Assembly (NCBI GenBank): GCA_041302745.1
Contig: JBFYQP010000037.1
Span: forward strand, 1 to 47,069
Length of the DNA: 47,069 nucleotides
Source: Candidatus Bipolaricaulota bacterium
GTDB lineage: Bacteria; Bipolaricaulota; Bipolaricaulia; UBA7950; UBA9294
Direction: 5' to 3'
Shown: piece after piece, positions 1-9,126 of the stretch
Numbering within the stretch: position 1 is the first letter of the stretch
Layout: each line of letters opens with the position of its first letter
Position numbers and translations under genes: made by a program
Notes under the pieces: model-generated
The model's input: the letters and a program-made list of their open reading frames with translations, nothing else
Databases searched by the model: none
Told to the model about the DNA's origin: nothing

Positions 1-807
1 AAGACGCGGAAGACCGCCGCGGACGTGAATCCCGAGATCCTCGCGCGAAAGACTCCGGGGTTCGTCGGCGCCGACCTCCGAAACCTGTGCAACGAGGCCG
101 CGCTGCTCGCGGCGCGCAAGAACAAGGAGACCATCGAGATGTCCGACTTCGAGGAGGCGACCGACCGCCTCTTCCTTGGGCTGCGCCGAAAGAGCGTCGT
201 CCCGACCGAGAAGGAGCGGAAGCTCACCGCGTACCACGAGAGCGGGCACACGCTGCTCGGCTTCATCCTGAAGCCCGCAGACAATGTGGTGCACAAGATC
301 TCGATCCTCCCGCGGTCGCACGGATCGATGGGCGTGACCCAGTCCCTGCCGCTCGAGGAGCGCTACAACCCCACGCAGATGGAATTCAAGGACGCCCTTG
401 CCGCGATGCTCGGCGGTCGTGCGGCGGAGGAGATCGTGTTCAGCGAGTTCGCCGCGGGGTCCGGCAGCGACCTCCGGGAGGCGACGCAGCTTGCGACGAA
501 GATGATCGTCGAGTGGGGGATGAATGAGGAGCTCGGCCCGATCAGCTTGGGTAGCGACCGGATCAACGTCTTTCTCGGCGAGGACATCGTGAAGTCGAAC
601 GAGCACTCCGAGGAGATCTCGGCGCTCGCGGACCGGGAGATCCGCGGGCTCCTGATCGGGGCCTACGAGAGGGCCAAGCAGCTTCTGACGAAGCACCGGG
701 ACGCTTTGGACAAGCTGGCGACGGAGGTTCTGGCCCGCGAGGAGATCTCCGGCGACGAGCTGACGGGGTTCCTGAACAACCTGATTCCTTCTCCCGCCGT
801 CGGATGA
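1..807 (+). CDS. ftsH: ATP-dependent zinc metalloprotease FtsH, C-terminal part (5' end outside window)
   Basis: The frame is open from base 1. It shows the end of the AAA module (GFVGADLRNLCNEAALLAARK) followed by the M41 peptidase domain with the HEXXH zinc site (AYHESGHTL). The stop overlaps the dxr start (ATGA). Confidence 0.9.
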   Translation, partial: KTRKTAADVNPEILARKTPGFVGADLRNLCNEAALLAARKNKETIEMSDFEEATDRLFLGLRRKSVVPTEKERKLTAYHESGHTLLGFILKPADNVVHKISILPRSHGSMGVTQSLPLEERYNPTQMEFKDALAAMLGGRAAEEIVFSEFAAGSGSDLREATQLATKMIVEWGMNEELGPISLGSDRINVFLGEDIVKSNEHSEEISALADREIRGLLIGAYERAKQLLTKHRDALDKLATEVLAREEISGDELTGFLNNLIPSPAVG

Positions 808-2033
808 CGAAGCGCCCACGCAACGTCGTGGTTCTCGGCTCCACCGGATCGATCGGAACGCAGACCCTTGACGTCGTAGAGCGACTCCAGGCCGCCGGCG
901 TGCCCTTGCGCATCGTCGGCCTCGCGGCCGGAGGGAACGTCGAACTCCTCGAGCAGCAGATCGAACGCGTCGAACCGGACGCAGTCTCCGTGGCGTCGGC
1001 GGCCCACGCCGAGAGGCTCCAAACCCGCTTCCCCGGCGTGCGCGTTCTCTGCGGAGAAGGAGGGCCGACGGACCTTGCCGCAGAGGACGACGTGGACATC
1101 GTCGTCAACGCGCTCGTCGGCGCCGTGGGGCTGATGCCGACGCTCGCCGGCGTGTCGCGCGGACGGACTGTCGCTCTGGCGAACAAGGAGAGCCTCGTCG
1201 TGGGTGGAAGCCTCGTACGCGACGCGCTCAAGACGGGCGGCGGCCACCTCATTCCGATCGACAGCGAGCACAGCGCCGTCCTGCAGTGCCTCGAGGCCGG
1301 ACGGCGCAAGGATGTGCGGCGGATCCTCCTGACGGCGTCGGGCGGCCCCTTCCGGGACGTCGCCCCGAGCGCACTCGCCCACGTCACGCCCCAGGACGCG
1401 TTGCGACATCCCACCTGGGCGATGGGTGCGAGGATCACGATCGACTCGGCGACAATGGTGAACAAGGCGTTTGAGGTGATCGAGGCCCACTACCTCTTCG
1501 GCGTGTCGTACGACCAGGTGGACGTGGTGCTGCATCCGGCATCGATCGTCCACTCGCTCGTCGAGTACCGCGACGGGTCGATCCTCGCCCAACTCGCGAC
1601 GCACGACATGCGAATCCCCATCCAGTACGCGCTCACGTACCCGGACCGGCTCGCGACGGACCTGCCGCGCCTCGACTTCGAGGCTCCACTCGCGGTCGAA
1701 TTCCGGCCCCTCGACCCCGCGACGTACCCGGCGTTCGCCACCGTGGTCTCCGCCGCGCGGACTGGGAGCAGCGCGCCGGCGGCGCTCAACGCAGCGGACG
1801 AGGTGCTCGTGCGCCGCTTCTTGGATGGAGAGATCCCGTTCCTCGGCATCGCCCGGGGGCTGGCCGCCGTCCTCGCGCGTTGGCGCGCGGAGATGGGCGG
1901 CGACGGGCACGACCCGATCGATCTGGGCGAGCTGCTCGCCGCGGATCGCTGGGCGCGCCGGATCGCACAGGACTTGGCTCTGCCGAAAGAGGGCGGGCGT
2001 GTCGGACTCGCCCGGGAGGACTCATGGACGTGA
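804..2033 (+). CDS. dxr: 1-deoxy-D-xylulose 5-phosphate reductoisomerase
   Basis: NADPH-binding N-terminus VVVLGSTGSIGTQTLDVV, plus LANKESLV and IPIDSEHSA motifs. The length (409 aa) is typical of Dxr/IspC. Confidence 0.9.
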   Translation: MTKRPRNVVVLGSTGSIGTQTLDVVERLQAAGVPLRIVGLAAGGNVELLEQQIERVEPDAVSVASAAHAERLQTRFPGVRVLCGEGGPTDLAAEDDVDIVVNALVGAVGLMPTLAGVSRGRTVALANKESLVVGGSLVRDALKTGGGHLIPIDSEHSAVLQCLEAGRRKDVRRILLTASGGPFRDVAPSALAHVTPQDALRHPTWAMGARITIDSATMVNKAFEVIEAHYLFGVSYDQVDVVLHPASIVHSLVEYRDGSILAQLATHDMRIPIQYALTYPDRLATDLPRLDFEAPLAVEFRPLDPATYPAFATVVSAARTGSSAPAALNAADEVLVRRFLDGEIPFLGIARGLAAVLARWRAEMGGDGHDPIDLGELLAADRWARRIAQDLALPKEGGRVGLAREDSWT

Positions 2034-2329
2034 CGACTGAGCGGGTGATGACGGCGATTCGCGGCGTGACCGACCCGGAGCTCGGGATCAGCGTCGTGGA
2101 CCTTGGACTGATCTACGATGTGCGTTGCGGCGACCGGCGCATCGACGTAGACATGACGCTCACGAGCCCGGGATGTCCGATGGGGCGACTCATTGCCTCG
2201 GACGTCGAAGAGGCGATTCGGCAGGCGTTGCCCGGAGTCGACGTTTCGGTCCACGTCGTCTGGGATCCGCCGTGGACGGCGGACCGTCTCTCGGCCGACG
2301 CGCGTCGACACCTCGGTTACGACGGCTGA
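2024..2329 (+). CDS. DUF59/MIP18-family Fe-S assembly protein (SufT/PaaD-like)
   Basis: An internal ATG at 2024 gives about 101 aa: MDVTTERVMTAIRGVTDPELGISVVDLGLIYDV...TLTSPGCPM, the characteristic DUF59 pattern. The longer track ORF (from 1880) is an Arg-rich extension overlapping dxr. Confidence 0.75.
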   Translation: MDVTTERVMTAIRGVTDPELGISVVDLGLIYDVRCGDRRIDVDMTLTSPGCPMGRLIASDVEEAIRQALPGVDVSVHVVWDPPWTADRLSADARRHLGYDG

Positions 2330-3831
2330 GCCGAGCCCCCGGAAGGTCGGCGGACCAGCCTCCACAGGGGCGTCAGGCGCACGAAAAGGCCGTAGGCGAG
2401 GAGCCCGACCAGCGTCGGGGCGAACACGCGGACGACGACGGGCGCCGAGCGCGCGGCCCAGTGGGTTGCGTACACAAGGCCCGTCATTCCCAGCGTCCCC
2501 GCCGCCGCGAGCGCGAGACGCCGCAAGAGCGAGGCCCATGGCGTCTTCTTGCGCAGAAAGACCAGCAAGACGGCGGCGTTCACGATCCCCGCGATTCCCG
2601 TCGCGAGCGCAAGCCCTCCCTCCTTCATCGGACCGACCAGGGCGAGGTCGAGGGCCACGTTCGTTGCCACCGACGCCAGAGCGCCGATGAGGGGCACGGT
2701 TGTCCGTCCCAGCGCGTAGAAGGCGCGCACCTGGACGTACACCCAGCCGTACGGCAGGAGCCCCACGAGGTAGAACGCGAGAACCCGCGCTGTGCGTAGC
2801 GTGTCTGCGGCGGCGAAGCTTCCGTGCTCGAAGAGGAGGCGAATGATGTCGGCTCCGAGCAGAGCCAATCCGGCCGTCGCGGGAAGCAGGACGAGGGCCG
2901 TCGCGGCCAGGCCGTCGCCGACGTACGTCGAGAACCGGACCGAGTCCCGCTCGACCTCCGCGGCCGACAGGCGCGGTAGCAGAGCCGTGGCGATGCTCAC
3001 GGCCAGAACGCCGAGAGGGAGCTGGAACAGCCGCATGCCGTACTGCAGCGCGGCGATGCTCCCGTCCGGCAGGTACGAGGCGAGCTTGTTGTCGACGAGG
3101 AGATTGATCTCGGACACCGCAAGGATGAACACCGCCGGCGCCATTCGCTGCAGCAGCGACCACACACCGCTGTGGATCGGGAAAAGCGTGAACGAGAAGC
3201 GGAAGCGCACCTTGCGCAGGGCGGGAAGCTGCGACAGGAGCTGCCCCGCTCCCCCGAGGAGCACGCCGGCGGCCAGACCGTACACCGGAGTCGACCAGCG
3301 GGGCGCGAGGAGGAGGGCTCCGGCAATCATCCCGACGTTGAACCACACGGGTGCGAACGACGGGGCGAAGAACCGCTCGTGGGCATTGAGGATTCCCATG
3401 AACACGGCGCCGAACCCGACGAGGGCGACGAACGGGAAGATGAACCGGGCGAGGGAGACGGTGAGCGCCATCTTCTCCGGCGCGAACCCGGTCGCGAGAA
3501 AGGGCACGTACCAGGGCGCGAGGAGAATCCCGACGGCGCAGAAGACAGGGAAGAGGACGATCAGGAGCGACAGGAGGTTGCTCGCGAACCGGTCGGCTTC
3601 CTCCGTGGAGGTGCGCAGTCCCGTGTAGATCGGCACGAACGCCGTAGCGAGTGCACCCTCCCCGAGCAGTTGTCGTAGGACGTTCGCGGCGAAGAACGCG
3701 ACAAGGAACGCGTCGTACGCGGCCGACGCGCCGAATTGAGCGGCGATGGACGCATCTCGCGCCAAGCCCAGGACGCGCGAGATGGCCGTCCCGAGGGCGA
3801 TCAGGAGGACGTCCCCTGCAAGGCTCTTCAT
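2317..3831 (-). CDS. murJ: Lipid II flippase MurJ (MviN family)
   Basis: N-terminus from M29 of the track ORF: MKSLAGDVLLIALGTAISRVLGLARDASIAAQFGASAAYDAFLVAF...ATAFVPIY, typical of MurJ. Polytopic membrane protein of about 504 aa. Confidence 0.85.
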   Translation of the reverse strand: MKSLAGDVLLIALGTAISRVLGLARDASIAAQFGASAAYDAFLVAFFAANVLRQLLGEGALATAFVPIYTGLRTSTEEADRFASNLLSLLIVLFPVFCAVGILLAPWYVPFLATGFAPEKMALTVSLARFIFPFVALVGFGAVFMGILNAHERFFAPSFAPVWFNVGMIAGALLLAPRWSTPVYGLAAGVLLGGAGQLLSQLPALRKVRFRFSFTLFPIHSGVWSLLQRMAPAVFILAVSEINLLVDNKLASYLPDGSIAALQYGMRLFQLPLGVLAVSIATALLPRLSAAEVERDSVRFSTYVGDGLAATALVLLPATAGLALLGADIIRLLFEHGSFAAADTLRTARVLAFYLVGLLPYGWVYVQVRAFYALGRTTVPLIGALASVATNVALDLALVGPMKEGGLALATGIAGIVNAAVLLVFLRKKTPWASLLRRLALAAAGTLGMTGLVYATHWAARSAPVVVRVFAPTLVGLLAYGLFVRLTPLWRLVRRPSGGSAQPS

Positions 3832-3955
3832 GGCTTGTCGGGGACGTGGCTCGGGTATGCGTCTCGAGCGGCGCCTCGCGGCGACAACGTGGAGTCCGCA
3901 AAGGCCGGGAGGCAACAGGCGACGGCGCTTCCCCCCGATCCGTCGCTCATGCGGG

Positions 3956-4426
3956 CTACTCCTCCTTCTTGCCCTCCTCGTCGACGCGGATCCGTACGTC
4001 GACGGCGATGTCCTTGTAGAGGCTGACGGTCACCGCGTGCGGCCCGAGCGTCTCGATGGCTCCATCCATGCGGATCTTCGAGGCCTCGACGTGTTCGCCG
4101 GTCGTCTCCAGGATCTGAGCGGCGATGTCTTCCGAGCGCACCGATCCGTACAGGTGGCCGTCTCCGTGAGCCTTGCGCGTGAAGACGAACGTCTGGTCCG
4201 CCAGCTTGGCCTTCAGCTGTCGGGCCTTCTCGGCGCGCTGGAGGAGCTCCGCTTCGTGGGCGGCCCTTTCCTTGGTGAACCGAGCGATGTTGTGCTCGCT
4301 CGGCTCGATGGCAAGGCCGCGAGGGAACAGGTAGTTGCGCGCGAACCCGCTCGCCACGTTCACAACCTCGCCGGCGTGGCCGACCTTGTCAATCGTACTC
4401 GTCAGAAGCACCTTAGCGATGATCAT
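3956..4426 (-). CDS. rplI: 50S ribosomal protein L9
   Basis: MIIAKVLLTSTIDKVGHAGEVVNVASGFARNYLFPRGLA matches the L9 N-domain. 156 aa. G-rich SD (GGGG) just upstream of the ATG at 4426. Confidence 0.9.
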   Translation of the reverse strand: MIIAKVLLTSTIDKVGHAGEVVNVASGFARNYLFPRGLAIEPSEHNIARFTKERAAHEAELLQRAEKARQLKAKLADQTFVFTRKAHGDGHLYGSVRSEDIAAQILETTGEHVEASKIRMDGAIETLGPHAVTVSLYKDIAVDVRIRVDEEGKKEE

Positions 4427-4453
4427 CACCCCATGTCCTTCGATCGTCGCGTG

Positions 4454-4482
4454 ATTGTAGAAGGGGCGGGACACCCCGTCAA
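4454..4482 (-). promoter_or_regulatory. Sigma70-type promoter for rplI (TTGACG-N17-TACAAT on minus strand)
   Basis: On the plus strand, CGTCAA lies at 4477-4482 and ATTGTA at 4454-4459 with a 17-nt spacer. The -10 box is about 27 nt upstream of the rplI ATG. Confidence 0.45.
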
Positions 4483-4524
4483 ACTGCGCTTCGGACCGCA
4501 CGGTACGGATATACTCCTTGCCTG

Positions 4525-5358
4525 ATGGTGGACTTGGTGCGGTGGTTCGAGCGGCGTGACCGCGTGCTCGTCGTGGGAATCCTGAACGCTACGCCGGACT
4601 CCTTCTTCGAAGGCAGTCGGTTTCCGTCGGCGTCGGAGGCCGTCGAGCGCGCCCTGCAGATGGAAGCCGAGGGCGCCGACGTGATCGACGTGGGCGGCGA
4701 ATCGAGTCGGCCGGGGTCGGAGCCGGTGCCGGCGGACGTCGAGTCGGCGCGCGTCGTTCCGATCATCGAAGGGATTCGGAAGCGAAGCGACGTCCTGGTC
4801 TCGGTGGACACCGTGAAGTCTGCGGTGGCTGGGGAGGCTTTGGCGGCGGGGGCCACGATCGTGAACGACATCAGCGCGCTTCGTCTTGACGCGGCCATGG
4901 CAGGGACCGTTGCCGCGGCCAACGCCTACGTCGTCCTCATGCACATGCAGGGGACGCCCGCCACGATGCAGAAGAAGCCTGAGTACAAGGACGTCGTCGA
5001 CGAGGTGCACGAGTTCCTCGCCGGACGGATCCGAGCGGCGGAGTGCGCCGGGATCCCGAGAGAACGGGTCATCATCGACCCCGGGATCGGGTTCGGCAAG
5101 CGGCTGTCCCACAACCTCGCGCTTCTGCGCAACGTCGAGCGGTTCACCGACCTGGGCCCGCCGGTGCTCGTCGGGGCGTCGCGGAAGTCCTTTCTGGGCG
5201 AGATTCTCGACCTTCCGGCCGAGGACCGGCTGGAGGGGACCTTGGCCGTCCACGCCGTCGCCGTGGCGCGTGGCGCGGACCTCATTCGGGTTCACGATGT
5301 GAAGGAGGGACGGCGGACGGCCGACGTGGCCCGTCGCCTACGACCCCATGCCGATTAG
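4525..5358 (+). CDS. folP: Dihydropteroate synthase
   Basis: VVGILNATPDSFFEGS, DVIDVGGESSRPG and later pterin-binding motifs. 277 aa. TATACT lies at 4510-4515, only 9 nt before the ATG, with no SD. Confidence 0.9.
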   Translation: MVDLVRWFERRDRVLVVGILNATPDSFFEGSRFPSASEAVERALQMEAEGADVIDVGGESSRPGSEPVPADVESARVVPIIEGIRKRSDVLVSVDTVKSAVAGEALAAGATIVNDISALRLDAAMAGTVAAANAYVVLMHMQGTPATMQKKPEYKDVVDEVHEFLAGRIRAAECAGIPRERVIIDPGIGFGKRLSHNLALLRNVERFTDLGPPVLVGASRKSFLGEILDLPAEDRLEGTLAVHAVAVARGADLIRVHDVKEGRRTADVARRLRPHAD

Positions 5359-5818
5359 CGTTCTCGAGTTCCTCGATCGCCCCGGGCGTCGACTCCCCGT
5401 GCACGCCGTGCTCGGCGGCTCGGACGCCGAAGTCGACGGCGTCCGGACGATCGGCGAGATCCAGATCGACGGCGAGGCGTTCGCCCAGCTGTCCACGCTC
5501 TACGTGGACGCAGACATCACGGCGCACATCGCCCAACCCTGCCGGCGGTGCCTTGCTCCAATCGACATCTTGTTCACGTTGCATGAGTCGTTCACCTTCC
5601 CGATCCCGCCTCAGGCGGAGGCGCTCGACGTGCGGCCGTACGTCATCGAGCTTGTGCTCTCCTCCCACGACGCGAACGTGCTGTGCCGTCCGGACTGCCG
5701 CGGCCTCTGCGCGATCTGTGGAGCAGACCTGAATCGTCATTCCGATCACCGCCACGCGGCCGGCGACGACGGGCGGCGGAAGCTCGGGGATTTCCTCGAT
5801 CCATGGTCGACGAAGTAG
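5348..5818 (+). CDS. DUF177 (YceD-like) protein
   Basis: About 156 aa with the paired Cys motifs typical of DUF177 (CRRCLAPI ... CRPDCRGLCAICGADLN). Confidence 0.75.
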   Translation: MPISVLEFLDRPGRRLPVHAVLGGSDAEVDGVRTIGEIQIDGEAFAQLSTLYVDADITAHIAQPCRRCLAPIDILFTLHESFTFPIPPQAEALDVRPYVIELVLSSHDANVLCRPDCRGLCAICGADLNRHSDHRHAAGDDGRRKLGDFLDPWSTK

Positions 5819-6306
5819 CCATCGGCTTCGATCCGGGTCTGGCGACGACGGGGTATGGCGTCGTCCAGGCGACGCTTCGGGGGTGGCGCGTTCTGGCGGG
5901 CGGAGTCATTGAGACCCCGGCGAATCACCCACGTGCGGATCGCCTCGGGACCCTGTCTGCCGAGGCGAGGGAACTGGTGGACCTGTACCGCCCGCGCGGC
6001 ATCGCCATTGAGGAGGTGTACTTCGCGACCAACGCGAAGTCGGCCATGAGGACGGCGGAGGCTCGCGGCGCGATCCTCGTCGCGGCGGCCGGCTTCCCGG
6101 TCCGCGGTTACACGCCACTGCAAGTGAAGAAGCGGATCACCGGCTACGGGCGGGCGAACAAGGCGCAGGTCCAGGCGATGGTGAAGCGGCTTCTCGCTCT
6201 GTCGGAGACGCCGAAGCCGGACGACATGGCGGACGCCCTCGCCCTGGCGCTCTGCTACCTTCTCGACCTTCGCAGCCCTGGAGGGGTCGACGATGTCTAC
6301 GTATGA
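5803..6306 (+). CDS. ruvC: Crossover junction endodeoxyribonuclease RuvC
   Basis: An ATG at 5803 gives MVDEVAIGFDPGLATTGYGVV (catalytic Asp motif), about 167 aa. The upstream part of the track ORF is Arg/Pro-rich and overlaps the DUF177 gene. Confidence 0.85.
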   Translation: MVDEVAIGFDPGLATTGYGVVQATLRGWRVLAGGVIETPANHPRADRLGTLSAEARELVDLYRPRGIAIEEVYFATNAKSAMRTAEARGAILVAAAGFPVRGYTPLQVKKRITGYGRANKAQVQAMVKRLLALSETPKPDDMADALALALCYLLDLRSPGGVDDVYV

Positions 6307-9043
6307 GGAGATCCTCCGGCTTCCCAGTCCTCAGGATGAGTCCCGCGTTCTCCTGTTCGACGGGCACTCCCACATCTACCGCGCCTACTACGCCATCCGC
6401 GACCTGTCCACTCCGAATGGGCGCCCCATCAATGCCGTCTTCGGGTTCTGGAAGACCCTCCTCCACGCGTTTCGCGACTACCCATCGGTCTACGCGGCGG
6501 TCGTACTCGACGCGGGTGGACGCACGTTCCGGCACGACCTGTACGGCGAGTACAAGGCGACGCGCAAACCGATGCCGGAGGACCTCTCGGCCCAGATGCC
6601 CATCATCGTCGATCTCCTCGGCATCCTCGGAATCCCTGTGGTGAGCCTTGCGGGGGTCGAGGCCGACGACGTGCTGGCGACCCTGGCGGGGCACGCCTCG
6701 GCGGAGGGGCTGCGGTGTCTCATCTCGACGAGCGACAAGGACATGGCGCAGGTCGTCAACGAGCGGGTTGCCCTGGTTCGTCCGACGGGGAGGGGCGCCG
6801 ACGCCGAGGGACAGGTGCTGGATCCGGACGGGGTTCGGCGTACCTACGGAGTCTCGCCCGATCAGATCGTCGACTTCCTCGCCATGGTCGGCGACACGTC
6901 GGACAACGTCCCCGGCGTCCCCGGGGTCGGCGAGAAGACGGCCGTCGAGCTCCTTCGGCAGTTCGGTTCGCTCGACAACCTCCTCGCCTCTCTCGATCTG
7001 GTTCGGAACGTCCGCATTCGCGAGAAGCTCCGCGAGAACGAGGCCGTTGCGCGCCGTGCGCAAGAACTGATTCGGCTTCGGACGGACCTCCCAACGGCGG
7101 GGGTTCGCGAGGTCTGCAGCCTTCGGGGGGTGGATGTCGCTTCACTGGCCTCGTTCTTTGCCGATGTGGGGTTTCGGAGTGCGCTGGAGGAACTCCGACT
7201 GAACGTGCCCCGTCCCGCTCCGGAGGCGCCGAGGCCGGCCGCGGCGGCCCCGGTTCTGGACTACCGCTGCGTGCTCGACGAGACGGGCCTAGCGGAGGTG
7301 ACGGCGGCTCTCGCCGGCGCCGAGCGGTTCGCCCTCGACCTCGAGACGACCGGCCTCGACCCGATGGACGCCGAGATCGTCGGGATCGCCGTATCTCCGG
7401 CTCCTCTGCTCGGCTATTACATCCCGGTCGGCCACGACGCCCTGGGCGCGCCGCCCCAGCTGGCCGTCGACCGCGTGCTGGAGGCCCTGCGGCCGTTCAT
7501 CGAAGCCGAGGCTCCGGCGATCATCGGGCAGAACCTGAAGTACGACATCACGATCCTCGAACGGTACGGCGTCCACCCGAGCGGTGTGGCCTTCGACTCG
7601 ATGATCGCCTCGCACCTTGTCCGCCCCGAGGAACGTCGGCACAACCTGGACGAGATCGCACGCGCCGTACTGGGCTACGAGACCGTGACCTACGAACAGG
7701 TGGCGGGGAAGAACGGCGCGTTCGCCGCCGTGCCCGTGGACCAGGCGACACGCTACGCGGCGGAGGATGCGGAGGTTGTCCAGCGACTGTACGGTCCCCT
7801 CTCGGCCGCGCTTCGAGAGGTCGGGGCCGCACGCCTGTTCGAGACCGTGGAGGTTCCGCTCGTTTCGGTGCTGGCGCGGATGGAGCGGAACGGCATCCTG
7901 GTCGACTGCGGGGAGTTGGCCGCCCAAGGCGACGAGATCCGCAAGGAGCTGGCGATCGTGGAGTTCGACCTGTTCGACATCGCCGGGGGCCCGTTCAACC
8001 CAAACTCGCCCAAGCAGGTGGCCGAGATCCTGTTCGATCGGCTTCGCCTGCCCGTTCGGACGCGAACGAAAAGCGGACCGTCCACCAGCGCGGACGTGCT
8101 CGCCGAACTCGCGGTTCAGCACCCGCTCCCCGGCAAGCTCATCGTCCATCGCGAGCTGAGGAAGCTCCTCTCGACGTACATCGAGCAGCTTCCCAAGGCG
8201 GTGAACCGCCGCACGGGCCGGATCCATACGAGCTTCCACCAGACGTCGACGGCAACGGGACGGTTGTCCTCGTCCGATCCGAACCTGCAAAACATCCCAA
8301 CCCGCACGGAGATCGGCGGGCGCATCCGCCAAGCGTTCGTGGCGCCTGCGGGGTGCGTCCTGGTGGGCGCCGACTACTCGCAAATCGAACTGCGCCTGTT
8401 GGGTCACCTGTCGGGCGACTCGGAGCTTCGCAAGGCGTTCGAATCGGGAGCCGACCTGCACAGGGTTACGGCGAGCCGCGTGTTCGGGGTGTCCGAGGAC
8501 CTCGTGACGGCGGCGCAGCGCGACGCCGCGAAGCGTATCAACTTCGGCATCCTTTACGGGATCAGTCCGTTCGGTCTCGCGAAGGAGCTTGGAACCTCCC
8601 AGACGGAGGCGAAGGCCTACATCGACCGGTTCTTCGCGACGTATCCGGACGCCCACGCGTACATCGAAACGCTGATCCAGCGGGCGACAGAGTGCGGTTA
8701 CGCGGAGACGCTGCTTGGGCGCCGACGCCCGTTGCGCGACCTCGGCTCGAAGGACGCGTCCCGTAGGAACTTCGACCGGCGGAACGCCGTGAACACGCCG
8801 ATTCAGGGGAGCGCGGCCGACCTGATCAAGTTGGCCATGATCGACATCGATCGCAAGATTCGGGATGCGCGGTGGCCGGCCAAGATGCTGCTGCAGATCC
8901 ACGACGAGCTGGTCTTCGAGGTCGAGGAGAGCGCGGGCTCCGAGGTCTCGGGTGAGATCGAGCGGGCGATGCGAGACGTCCTCGAGCTCCGCGTTCCCCT
9001 CGAGGTGAAGATGTCCGTCGGAAGACACTGGGGGGAGATCTGA
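6293..9043 (+). CDS. polA: DNA polymerase I (5'-3' exo, 3'-5' exo and polymerase domains)
   Basis: 916 aa. Exo motifs FALDLETTGLD, NLKYD and YAAEDA. Pol motifs DYSQIELR, RDAAKRINFGILYG and QIHDELVFE. Confidence 0.95.
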   Translation: MSTYEEILRLPSPQDESRVLLFDGHSHIYRAYYAIRDLSTPNGRPINAVFGFWKTLLHAFRDYPSVYAAVVLDAGGRTFRHDLYGEYKATRKPMPEDLSAQMPIIVDLLGILGIPVVSLAGVEADDVLATLAGHASAEGLRCLISTSDKDMAQVVNERVALVRPTGRGADAEGQVLDPDGVRRTYGVSPDQIVDFLAMVGDTSDNVPGVPGVGEKTAVELLRQFGSLDNLLASLDLVRNVRIREKLRENEAVARRAQELIRLRTDLPTAGVREVCSLRGVDVASLASFFADVGFRSALEELRLNVPRPAPEAPRPAAAAPVLDYRCVLDETGLAEVTAALAGAERFALDLETTGLDPMDAEIVGIAVSPAPLLGYYIPVGHDALGAPPQLAVDRVLEALRPFIEAEAPAIIGQNLKYDITILERYGVHPSGVAFDSMIASHLVRPEERRHNLDEIARAVLGYETVTYEQVAGKNGAFAAVPVDQATRYAAEDAEVVQRLYGPLSAALREVGAARLFETVEVPLVSVLARMERNGILVDCGELAAQGDEIRKELAIVEFDLFDIAGGPFNPNSPKQVAEILFDRLRLPVRTRTKSGPSTSADVLAELAVQHPLPGKLIVHRELRKLLSTYIEQLPKAVNRRTGRIHTSFHQTSTATGRLSSSDPNLQNIPTRTEIGGRIRQAFVAPAGCVLVGADYSQIELRLLGHLSGDSELRKAFESGADLHRVTASRVFGVSEDLVTAAQRDAAKRINFGILYGISPFGLAKELGTSQTEAKAYIDRFFATYPDAHAYIETLIQRATECGYAETLLGRRRPLRDLGSKDASRRNFDRRNAVNTPIQGSAADLIKLAMIDIDRKIRDARWPAKMLLQIHDELVFEVEESAGSEVSGEIERAMRDVLELRVPLEVKMSVGRHWGEI

Positions 9044-9072
9044 CGAGTCGGCGTCGGATCGTGTGGGGGATG

Positions 9073-9115
9073 GGGCGCGACACTCCGCGCCCGCCGGCGT
9101 GTAGGTACGCTACAC
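9073..9115 (+). terminator. Two hairpins downstream of polA (possible terminator)
   Basis: GGGCGCG-acactc-CGCGCCC (9073-9092) and GTGTAG-gtacg-CTACAC (9099-9115). There is no U-tract, so this is weak. Confidence 0.3.
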
Positions 9116-9126
9116 ACGGAGGAGTG

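Noticed and set aside
1490-3901. 803-aa minus-strand ORF, plus similar long ORFs at 563..1465, 663..1910, 6715..8766, 7289..9028, 12564..13988, 14141..15445, 15864..17402 and 20031..21800
   Set aside because: They have an Arg/Pro/Gly/Ala-rich low-information composition typical of off-frame translation of high-GC genes. Each is fully overlapped by a gene with clear family motifs.
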